DNA from: Nanobdellota archaeon
GTDB lineage: Archaea > Nanobdellota > Nanobdellia > SCGC-AAA011-G17 > JAFCDX01
Assembly: GCA_018816585.1 (NCBI GenBank)
Contig: JAHIVQ010000047.1
Location: forward strand, 1 to 29,854
Direction of reading: 5' to 3'
Length of the DNA: 29,854 bases
Numbering within the stretch: the stretch's first letter is position 1; every line of letters begins with the position of its first letter. Position numbers and translations under genes: made by a program. Under the pieces are notes generated by a model. That model ran no database searches. It was not told the DNA's origin and was given only the letters and a program-made list of their open reading frames with translations. Below, piece by piece: positions 15,656 through 23,171 of this stretch.

Positions 15656-16351
15656 ATGGAAAAAAAGGACTTCCTAAACACATTAAAAAAATTAAGAGAA
15701 GAAAGCAAGAAAAGAAATTTTTCTCAGTCAGTTGATCTAATAATTAATCTTAAAGGTATTGATCTTAAGAAAGAAGAACACAAAGTTGACCAGTTTTTAA
15801 CATTGCCGCATGAAAGAGGCAAAGCAGTAAAGGTATGTGCATTTGTTGACAAACAATTAATAAAAAATGCAAGGGAAGATTGTGATTTAGCAATACTAAA
15901 TGAAGATTTTCCAGAATATGCAGGCAATAAAAAAACAATTAAAAAACTTGCAAGAGATTATTCTTATTTCATTGCCCAAGTTAATATAATGTCTGAGGTT
16001 GCTAAGACTTTTGGTAAAATAATTGGTACAAGAGGAAAAATGCCTAATCCAAAAGCAGGATGTGTTGTTCCTGGAACAGCAGACCTTAAACCTTTGGTTC
16101 TTAAATTAAAAAAATTAGTAAGAATAACAACAAAAGCAGAGCCAACAATAAAAACAAGACTAGGATTAGAAACAATGAAAGATGAAGAATTAGCAGATAA
16201 TGCATTATACATTTATTCACATCTTATTGATACATTACCTCAAGGAAAACATAATATAAAAAATATATTCTTAAAATTCACAATGAGCAAGCCTCATGAA
16301 ATTAAGGAATCAGAAAATGAAAGTACAAAACTGGAAAAAGCAAGAAGTTGA
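15656..16351 (+). CDS. rpl1: 50S ribosomal protein L1
   Basis: KRNFSQSVDLIINLK, LPHERGK and GKMPNPKAG motifs. Confidence 0.96.
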   Translation: MEKKDFLNTLKKLREESKKRNFSQSVDLIINLKGIDLKKEEHKVDQFLTLPHERGKAVKVCAFVDKQLIKNAREDCDLAILNEDFPEYAGNKKTIKKLARDYSYFIAQVNIMSEVAKTFGKIIGTRGKMPNPKAGCVVPGTADLKPLVLKLKKLVRITTKAEPTIKTRLGLETMKDEELADNALYIYSHLIDTLPQGKHNIKNIFLKFTMSKPHEIKESENESTKLEKARS

Positions 16352-17423
16352 ATCAATCAAAAAATTAATTGAGGAGTATCCTGTAATTGGTATAGTTGAT
16401 GGAACTAATCTGCCATCCATGCAGTTGCAAAAGATACGTTTCAAACTAAAACCAGATGTTCTCATAAAAATGACAAAGTCAAGATTATTGAAACTTGCTT
16501 TAGAACAATTAAAAGATAAAAAGAAAGGTATTGAAAACCTAGAAAATTATATAAGATATAATATTCCAATATTAATTTTTACAAGAGAAGGAGCATTTAA
16601 ACTTTCAAAAAATTTATTGAAAAATAGAAGTTCAGCTGCTGCAAAGCCAGGACAAAAAGCTCCAAATGATATTATAATATCTGCAGGGCCAACAGAATTT
16701 ACACCAGGTCCAGTAATAGGAGAACTAGGACAGATCGGATTAAAAACAGCTGTTGAAGGTGGAAAAATTGTTATAAAAGAAGACAAGCTGGTTGTTAAAG
16801 AAGGTGATTTAATAAATGATAAAGTTGCATCAGTTCTTTCAAAGCTTGGAATACAGCCTATGAAAATAGGAATTAATCTTGTTGTAGCATATGATAATGG
16901 AGATATTTATGGAAAAGATATTTTAAATGTAGATGAAGAAAAATACATAAATGATATTAAATTAGCAGCATCACAGGCATTCAATCTTGCATTTAGTATT
17001 AAATATCCAACAAAAGAGAATATAAAATTATTAATAATAAAGGCTGTTCTTGAAGGGAAATCAATAGAATCAAAAGTAAATATTGGAGAGATAATAAAAG
17101 AAAAAAAGAATGAAGTTCCTGAAACTAAAGTAAAAAAAATAGAAGAACCTATAAAAGAAGTAAAACCAGAAGAAAAACCTATAATAGAACAAAAAGAAAT
17201 TAAAAAAGAACCAATTGTTGAAAAACCAGAAGTTAAAGAGACTAAAGAAGAATCTAAAAAGGAAATTAAAGAAGAAAAAATAGAAGTAAAAGAAGAACAA
17301 AAGATTGAAAAAGAGGAGAAAAAAGAATCTAATATTCCTGATAAATTTGATGAGTATTCAAAGAAAGCACAGGAAATATTGACAGAATTGCAAGATCAAA
17401 AAATTAAAAAAGGAAAATACTAA
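16317..17423 (+). CDS. rpl10: 50S ribosomal protein L10/P0 with long Lys/Glu-rich C-terminus
   Basis: [33 protein letters not shown] and LSKLGIQPM motifs. Start placed at ATG 16317. Confidence 0.95.
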   Translation: MKVQNWKKQEVESIKKLIEEYPVIGIVDGTNLPSMQLQKIRFKLKPDVLIKMTKSRLLKLALEQLKDKKKGIENLENYIRYNIPILIFTREGAFKLSKNLLKNRSSAAAKPGQKAPNDIIISAGPTEFTPGPVIGELGQIGLKTAVEGGKIVIKEDKLVVKEGDLINDKVASVLSKLGIQPMKIGINLVVAYDNGDIYGKDILNVDEEKYINDIKLAASQAFNLAFSIKYPTKENIKLLIIKAVLEGKSIESKVNIGEIIKEKKNEVPETKVKKIEEPIKEVKPEEKPIIEQKEIKKEPIVEKPEVKETKEESKKEIKEEKIEVKEEQKIEKEEKKESNIPDKFDEYSKKAQEILTELQDQKIKKGKY

Positions 17424-17434
17424 CGGAGGTCAAA

Positions 17435-17713
17435 ATGGAATTAATACATGCAGCTATTTTATTGCACGAAGCAGGAAAAGAAATTAACGACGCTAATATG
17501 AAAAGCGTGTTAAATGCAGCAGGAGTTAAGCATGAAGATGCTCAGATAAAAGCATTAATTGCAGCCCTAGATGGTGTGAACATAGATGAAGCTATAAAAG
17601 AGTCAGCTATGCCAGTAGCACAACCTACACAAACAGCAAAACAAGAAGTAAAAGAAGAGAAAAAAGAAGCAAAACCAGAAGCTGCAATTGGATTGGGCGC
17701 GTTATTTGGTTAA
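17435..17713 (+). CDS. rpl12: 50S ribosomal stalk protein L12/P1
   Basis: [17 protein letters not shown]...[11 protein letters not shown]...GLGALFG; GGAGGT SD at 17425-17430. Confidence 0.95.
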   Translation: MELIHAAILLHEAGKEINDANMKSVLNAAGVKHEDAQIKALIAALDGVNIDEAIKESAMPVAQPTQTAKQEVKEEKKEAKPEAAIGLGALFG

Positions 17714-17726
17714 TTTTTTTACTAAA

Positions 17727-18599
17727 ATGCCAGATGTACAGGAATTACCTAAAGAAAGAAATGATATTGCTAGTGAGATTTCTAATTTAAAGAAGCAATT
17801 AAATCATTATAATGAAAAAAAGGAATTCTGGTTCAAGAAAAAAGAAGATCTTAAACAAGATATAAAAAATCTTATACAGCAGGTAAAAGAAATAAAACTT
17901 AAGACAGATTCCTCAAATATTTCTGTACAGGATATGAAAAAAGAGCGTGATAAATATAATGATCATGTTTCTCATTTGATAGAAGAAATTACAGAGCTTA
18001 ATAAAAAAAAGAAGGAAATATTTGAAAAATATAAAATAAAAGAAGACCCTTATAAAGTTCAGAAGAATATAGAAGCTATAGAAAAGAAATTAGAAACAGA
18101 AACTTCATTTGAAAATGAAAAGAAATTAATGAAAAGATTAAATGCTCTTAAAAGTATATATAAAGAGAGCAAAATAAAGGAATTAATAGAGAGAATTGAT
18201 AAATTAAACAAGGAATTAAAGGATAGCAAAAAAAAATCCCAAGAATTTCATATGAAAGTTTTAAGTACAGCTTCTGATAAGAATGGATATGCTTCATTTA
18301 TTGATTTATCAAGAAAAATAAATAATTTAAGAACTGAACAGGAACAGGCATTTAATAATTTTATAGATAATAAAAAGAAATTTATTGAATTCAATAATTT
18401 ATTAAAGGATAAATTAAAAGCTTCAAGCCTGGAAAGAGCAAGCATACAAAAATCAAGGCATGTTTCTGAAGAAAGAACAAGAGAGAGAATAAAACAAATA
18501 TTAAGAGAAAAAACACAGAATGTTATTGAAAAATTCAGAAAGAAAAAGAAACTTACAACAGAAGATCTTATTGTATTACAAGGCGAAGATAAATCATAA
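17727..18599 (+). CDS. Archaeal coiled-coil protein (COG1340-like)
   Basis: Long K/E coiled coil with IEKKLETETSFENEKKLM and the C-terminal KKKLTTEDLIVLQ. Start placed at MPDVQ (17727). Confidence 0.7.
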   Translation: MPDVQELPKERNDIASEISNLKKQLNHYNEKKEFWFKKKEDLKQDIKNLIQQVKEIKLKTDSSNISVQDMKKERDKYNDHVSHLIEEITELNKKKKEIFEKYKIKEDPYKVQKNIEAIEKKLETETSFENEKKLMKRLNALKSIYKESKIKELIERIDKLNKELKDSKKKSQEFHMKVLSTASDKNGYASFIDLSRKINNLRTEQEQAFNNFIDNKKKFIEFNNLLKDKLKASSLERASIQKSRHVSEERTRERIKQILREKTQNVIEKFRKKKKLTTEDLIVLQGEDKS

Positions 18600-19214
18600 T
18601 CTTTCTTTTATATGCCTATAAACAAAATATATTCCTATAATTAAAATAAATATTGCAATTGGTATTGAAAGATATTCAAAATAATTATTTATTGATTCCC
18701 AATTTTGTCCTACAATAAATCCCAGATAAATCAGAAAAGCATTCCATATGGTTGCACCTGTTACAGTATATAATATGAATCTTTTAAGATCCATCTTTCC
18801 AATGCCGGCAGGTATTGATATCAGATGCCTTACAACTGGTATTAATCTGCTTATGAATATTGTATGATCTCCTTTTTCTTCAAACCATTTTTCTGTTTTT
18901 TTAAGATCTTCTTCATTTAACAAAAAGTACTTGCCGAATTTAAATACAAATTTATTTCCCCCATATAAACCCATATAATATGATAATAATGATCCAAATA
19001 AGCTTCCAAGTGTACTTGCTAGTATTACATAAAAAAAACTGAATCGTCCCTCTGCTATCAAGAATCCTGCAAAAGGCATTATTAATTCTGAAGGTAATGG
19101 AAAGACCATGCTTTCAAGTGCCATTAGTATAAATATTCCTGGATAACCAAGAACAGAAATTATCTTTATACTTATTTCTCCAATATAACTTAATATCCAA
19201 GAGACTGGATTCAT
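18594..19214 (-). CDS. dedA: DedA family membrane protein
   Basis: LMALESMVFPLPSELIMPFAG and FISRLIPVVRHLISIPAG motifs. Confidence 0.95.
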   Translation of the reverse strand: MNPVSWILSYIGEISIKIISVLGYPGIFILMALESMVFPLPSELIMPFAGFLIAEGRFSFFYVILASTLGSLFGSLLSYYMGLYGGNKFVFKFGKYFLLNEEDLKKTEKWFEEKGDHTIFISRLIPVVRHLISIPAGIGKMDLKRFILYTVTGATIWNAFLIYLGFIVGQNWESINNYFEYLSIPIAIFILIIGIYFVYRHIKERL

Positions 19215-19236
19215 AACTAACTAAAAATTAGCCTCT

Positions 19237-19761
19237 TTATAAGTATTTCTTTAGTATACTTTTATTATATAAATATTTTAAATCTGAATATATTGGAATT
19301 GATTTTATCTTAAATAGATAAACAAGTAATATCCATATAAAGGCAACATAAGCACCTGATACAATATACCAGAAGAACATGTGTATTATATTAAACCAAT
19401 TATAATTATAATTCAATACTAAAATACTTAATATTATTATCCTTATTATATTCATTATTAGTATCAAAAAACTTCCACTTAAAAAAATAATTATACTTTT
19501 TTTAATACTCAAATCCTTTGTGAATAATACTAGTAATAATAATAGATAATATGCTGCAGCAGCAATACATGCAGGTGCAAATATCAGTGATTGATTATTT
19601 ACTACCAAGCTATCGAAACTAATATATCCTTTATAACCTATTATATTTAGTATAAAATAAACAGGATATATTGTTAAAGGTTTGAATATAAATAAGAATA
19701 AATTAAATGGTATTAAAATTGCTAAAAAAGCCCTTATTACTAAATTGTAAATATATTTCAT
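19237..19761 (-). CDS. Archaeosortase/exosortase-family protein (pacearchaeosortase-like)
   Basis: Multi-TM with the Cys (PACI), Arg (MNIIRI) and His (IIHMFFW) triad. Start is probably MKYIY (19761); the track's 19851 start overlaps the divergent gene. Confidence 0.8.
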   Translation of the reverse strand: MKYIYNLVIRAFLAILIPFNLFLFIFKPLTIYPVYFILNIIGYKGYISFDSLVVNNQSLIFAPACIAAAAYYLLLLLVLFTKDLSIKKSIIIFLSGSFLILIMNIIRIIILSILVLNYNYNWFNIIHMFFWYIVSGAYVAFIWILLVYLFKIKSIPIYSDLKYLYNKSILKKYL

Positions 19762-19838
19762 ACTATAAAACAATATAATAGTAACATTTAAATAGTAGTT
19801 ATCCCTCAAAAATAGCAACACATTGGGGGTTAGATATA

Positions 19839-21446
19839 ATGAATAAATCAATCACTATCGGAATATTAATATTTTTAGTTATAGTTTTAAGTGTATTTTC
19901 AGCTTATCTAGATGTAGCAAGTCCTGTTACAATACAGGGACAAAGTGGAACAACAGCACATGTTAATTTTAATATAATGAATACAAACTCAACTTATTCT
20001 GTTGCACTTACATCTTCAAGTTTTTCATTTAATACAGCAAAATTCATTGATAATGATGGAGATTCTTCTGTTATATCATTTAGTTCACCAGGAACAATAG
20101 CTCCTTTAAGTTCAGCTAATGTTATCGCAACTGCAGTAATAAGCAGCAAGATGGATGAAGGAACTTATTCAGCAGATGTTCTTGTTTCAAATGGAACATT
20201 TAATGATACATTTATTTTACAATTAGTAATAAATCCAGATATATGTGATGAAGGTATAACAGGTGATTTGTCATTATCAGACTGGGACTTAAAGAAAAAT
20301 CCTGAGACTGATCAAAAAGATGAATATTATCCTGGAGATAAAATAGTTGTACAAAGTATTAAAGTAAGTAATGATGGCAGTGATGAAATAACTGATGTTG
20401 TTGTTGAAGTATCTTTATATGATTTAACTGAGGGTGATGAATTAGATAGTATAAGAAGTGATAATTTTAACTTAAAAAGTGATAAGGAAACAAATGTTGA
20501 TGATTTAGAATTATATGTTCCTTATGATGCTGATGAAAGTGATGATTTTGCAATTTTTGTAAAAGTATATGAAGATGGAAATGAAGATGAAAATTGTAGA
20601 TATGAATCATACAGTGTAGATGTTAAGAGAAGATCAAGAGATATGCAGATAGATTTTACAAACATAAATCCAACAACAGCAAAATGCGGAGATTATGTTG
20701 ATTTTACTGCAAATGTAAAAAATATAGGAACAAAAGATGATAGTTCAATTTATTTCAAAATACAAGATCCTGCTTTAAAGATAACAGGACAGACAGCTGT
20801 ATTCAGTCTTGACAGTGATGATGAAACATCTAAGACAGTAAGAATACAATTACCACAAGATTTAACAGCAGGTTTATACTCAATAGAAGCAGTAGTTGTT
20901 TACTCTGGAACAACACCAAGATCTGCTTTTGGAAACTTAACAGTAACTTGCGAGCCAAAAAATACAGCACCAATAGCAAATGCAGGCATTACACAGACAA
21001 TAGAAACAAATAATATTGTAACTTTAAATGGGGCTTCAAGTTCAGATGCAGAAAATGATCAATTAACTTATTTATGGACACAATTAAGTGGATTACAAGT
21101 TCAATTATCAAATCCAACATCAGCCATTACAACATTTACACCAACAGCTTCTGATACATATGTATTTAGATTAGATGTAAGTGATGGTAAATTAACAAGC
21201 TCAGCAACTACAACAGTAACAGTTACACAATCTTCAATTACAGGAGATGTAACTTACCAGCCAACAGGTTTATTTGATAGCATGTCACAGAATCCATTGC
21301 AGAGTGTAGCTTTTGGTCTTGTAATAATTGTTTTATTGCTTGTAATATCTTATTTGGTTAAACTAATCTTCTTCCCTAAGAAGAAAGTACCACAAATGCC
21401 ATTGCATTCAGGTCCAAAACCAGAGCTTCCAGAATTTCCTGAATAA
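19839..21446 (+). CDS. Putative S-layer/cell-surface glycoprotein with Ig/CARDB-like and PKD-like domains and a C-terminal TM anchor
   Basis: Signal peptide, acidic beta-rich repeats, several N-x-S/T sequons, APIANAG...TLNGASSSDAENDQLTYLWTQ (PKD-like), C-terminal TM + KKK + Pro-rich tail. Divergent from the sortase gene. Confidence 0.75.
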   Translation: MNKSITIGILIFLVIVLSVFSAYLDVASPVTIQGQSGTTAHVNFNIMNTNSTYSVALTSSSFSFNTAKFIDNDGDSSVISFSSPGTIAPLSSANVIATAVISSKMDEGTYSADVLVSNGTFNDTFILQLVINPDICDEGITGDLSLSDWDLKKNPETDQKDEYYPGDKIVVQSIKVSNDGSDEITDVVVEVSLYDLTEGDELDSIRSDNFNLKSDKETNVDDLELYVPYDADESDDFAIFVKVYEDGNEDENCRYESYSVDVKRRSRDMQIDFTNINPTTAKCGDYVDFTANVKNIGTKDDSSIYFKIQDPALKITGQTAVFSLDSDDETSKTVRIQLPQDLTAGLYSIEAVVVYSGTTPRSAFGNLTVTCEPKNTAPIANAGITQTIETNNIVTLNGASSSDAENDQLTYLWTQLSGLQVQLSNPTSAITTFTPTASDTYVFRLDVSDGKLTSSATTTVTVTQSSITGDVTYQPTGLFDSMSQNPLQSVAFGLVIIVLLLVISYLVKLIFFPKKKVPQMPLHSGPKPELPEFPE

Positions 21447-21448
21447 AA

Positions 21449-21745
21449 ATGAAAAAAAAATTAGAAAAAAGAAAAGAAAAATTAATTGAATTAATAAATC
21501 AAGATGGATTTTTTTATATAGCTGATGGAGAAAAACCAGTGCATGCAATACCTATAGATGATCCTAGGATAATATTTGTGCCTAAAACAGATGTCAGGGG
21601 AAATATCTATATCAATGATTTGATCAGAGAATATACAAAAGAAATACCTGATGGTGCCAATGCATTCCATACTAGAGTTAATATGCATCAAGATAAAGAT
21701 GGTGGATCATATATTCCAATTCAATTCTATAAAATTTTTGAATAA
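21449..21745 (+). CDS. Hypothetical protein (98 aa)
   Basis: ORF starts 2 nt after the S-layer stop; no motif recognised. Confidence 0.55.
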   Translation: MKKKLEKRKEKLIELINQDGFFYIADGEKPVHAIPIDDPRIIFVPKTDVRGNIYINDLIREYTKEIPDGANAFHTRVNMHQDKDGGSYIPIQFYKIFE

Positions 21746-21747
21746 AC

Positions 21748-22284
21748 TTAGAGTTCCACTAAATCTATTATTTTTATTATTATAGCTAGTGTTAGAAGTA
21801 ATAAGAATAATCCACCAAGAGTAACCCAATCTACAGGTATATTTGTATAAACCAAGATTATTGCACAATAAGCCAAGAAATTTGTTGGTAATTTTGAAGA
21901 TAGACCAAATGCAAATTCTTTTGATAATAAGTGATAGAAATCTATTAGTGTAAGTATTGCTCCATCTATTATCAATAATACTATTACAAGCGCTTTTACA
22001 TTTATATCTAATAAACCATTATTAAATAAATGTCTTATAAGATCTATTGCAACGAATATCAATACAATACTGTTTCCATAAGCAGTATTCCAACCAAGCT
22101 CTTCTTCTCTATACTTGGCAAAGTATATTTCCATCAAGAAAATAGTTATTAATAAAGGAATAGCAATCCATAACATTTCAGGAATATGATATGGTGCTGT
22201 AAGAATTTCTATAAATCTATGCCAAACTTGCTCTGCATAGATCTCTCTATTTTCAATAAAAACACTAGTAAGATTAGTCACCAT
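21748..22284 (-). CDS. Hypothetical membrane protein (about 5 TM)
   Basis: Hydrophobic segments and EELGWNTAYGNS. Confidence 0.7.
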   Translation of the reverse strand: MVTNLTSVFIENREIYAEQVWHRFIEILTAPYHIPEMLWIAIPLLITIFLMEIYFAKYREEELGWNTAYGNSIVLIFVAIDLIRHLFNNGLLDINVKALVIVLLIIDGAILTLIDFYHLLSKEFAFGLSSKLPTNFLAYCAIILVYTNIPVDWVTLGGLFLLLLTLAIIIKIIDLVEL

Positions 22285-22372
22285 CTTTTTATTTTATTAA
22301 GAATAAGCTATTTATATTGATTTTGTTTTTGTTTTTTTGAAGAAATTTTAAAAACGCACGTTAGGATTTAAT

Positions 22373-22455
22373 AGGGCGCACTGGGATTCGAACCCAGGAT
22401 TCGAGGGTTCTGCATTAAATTGCAGCCTCGTGCCTTACCGCTTGGCGATGCGCCC
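22373..22455 (-). tRNA. tRNA-Cys(GCA) with a 12-nt intron at 37/38
   Basis: GGGCGCA...CGAGG CTGCAA [TTTAATGCAGAA] C CCTCG...TTCGAAT...TGCGCCC T. Intron at 22419-22408 in a bulge-helix-loop; U73 discriminator. Confidence 0.92.
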
Positions 22456-22458
22456 AAA

Positions 22459-22533
22459 CGGGCCCGACGGGATTTGAACCCGCGACCCTCTGCTTAGAAG
22501 GCAGATGCGCTATCCAGGCTGCGCTACGGGCCC
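22459..22533 (-). tRNA. tRNA-Arg(UCU), intronless
   Basis: GGGCCCG TA GCGC...TCTGC CTTCTAA GCAGA...TTCAAAT...CGGGCCC G; 3 nt upstream of tRNA-Cys, so co-transcription is likely. Confidence 0.96.
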
Positions 22534-22557
22534 ATAGAAATATCAACTAGTTTATTC

Positions 22558-22565
22558 TTTTAAAA
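22558..22565 (-). promoter_or_regulatory. TATA box of the tRNA-Arg/tRNA-Cys unit
   Basis: TTTTAAAA about 25 nt upstream of G1 of tRNA-Arg. Confidence 0.55.
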
Positions 22566-22591
22566 CCTTTCGAATAATATCTAGAATTAAT

Positions 22592-22676
22592 ATTTAGTAC
22601 TAATGCCCGAAGTCAAGGTTTGACAAAAAATCCGAAGATCAGATATCATTCCTAAATTCTTCCATTAGCACTAAAT
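22592..22676 (-). ncRNA. Candidate structured RNA: long hairpin with a BHB motif and cUUCGg tetraloop
   Basis: 14-bp terminal stem (a G-U pair on the minus strand that would be A-C on the plus strand), GAAG/CUUC helix between AAU and GGG bulges, further helices, C(UUCG)G cap. TTTATATA box at 22701-22694. Confidence 0.6.
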
Positions 22677-22738
22677 CTTAGTTAATTTCATCATATATAA
22701 AATTTTCGATTTTTAATTTTTGATAAAAAAGTTTAAAT

Positions 22739-23134
22739 ATGATTAAACGACTATTTTTTATGCCAGAAATAAAACTAGTTTATAATGAATTTAATGAAAA
22801 ACCCTTCATGGTTCTAACTAAAAGTCTTGATCCTGAAGAAGGTAATAATTTTAATTTATATGGTAAAAGGTATAATGAAAGATCAATAAGAAGTGTATTA
22901 TACAATTTAATTATTGAAAAAAATGCTACAATATTAATTGATTCTTCAGTTCCAAGTAATCTTGAATTAATTATAGAGAAACTTGCAGATAATGGACAAA
23001 AGAGAGCAAGAGCAAAAATAATATATCAAAAGGGCGGAAAAGAAGCTAAAATAAAAATAATTGAAGATAGAATAACATTATATAAATATATTAAAAATCT
23101 TGAAAAATTAAGAGATAAACAAGCTCAGGCATAA
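22739..23134 (+). CDS. Hypothetical protein (131 aa)
   Basis: Clean ORF; no motif recognised. Confidence 0.55.
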   Translation: MIKRLFFMPEIKLVYNEFNEKPFMVLTKSLDPEEGNNFNLYGKRYNERSIRSVLYNLIIEKNATILIDSSVPSNLELIIEKLADNGQKRARAKIIYQKGGKEAKIKIIEDRITLYKYIKNLEKLRDKQAQA

Positions 23135-23171
23135 TAATAATGTTTAAATAATTATCAATTTCTAATTCTAT

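Noticed and set aside
17070-17340. Tandem-like aaagaag/aaaaccaga repeats
   Set aside because: These are coding low complexity of the P0 linker, not a DNA-level repeat element.
22548-22665. Spliced 22-aa ORF (MEEALVLNINSRYYSKGFKRIN) created by removing the 50-nt BHB insert
   Set aside because: Too short to assess, has no SD, and runs over the tRNA promoter. Kept only as a junction to look for in reads.
22638-22693. Box C/D sRNA reading (ATGATGA ... CTGA, 56 nt, minus strand)
   Set aside because: The guides would be A/T-rich and I could not match them to rRNA. D'/C' boxes are poor, and the 'box C' abuts the TATA box. The BHB hairpin explains the region better.
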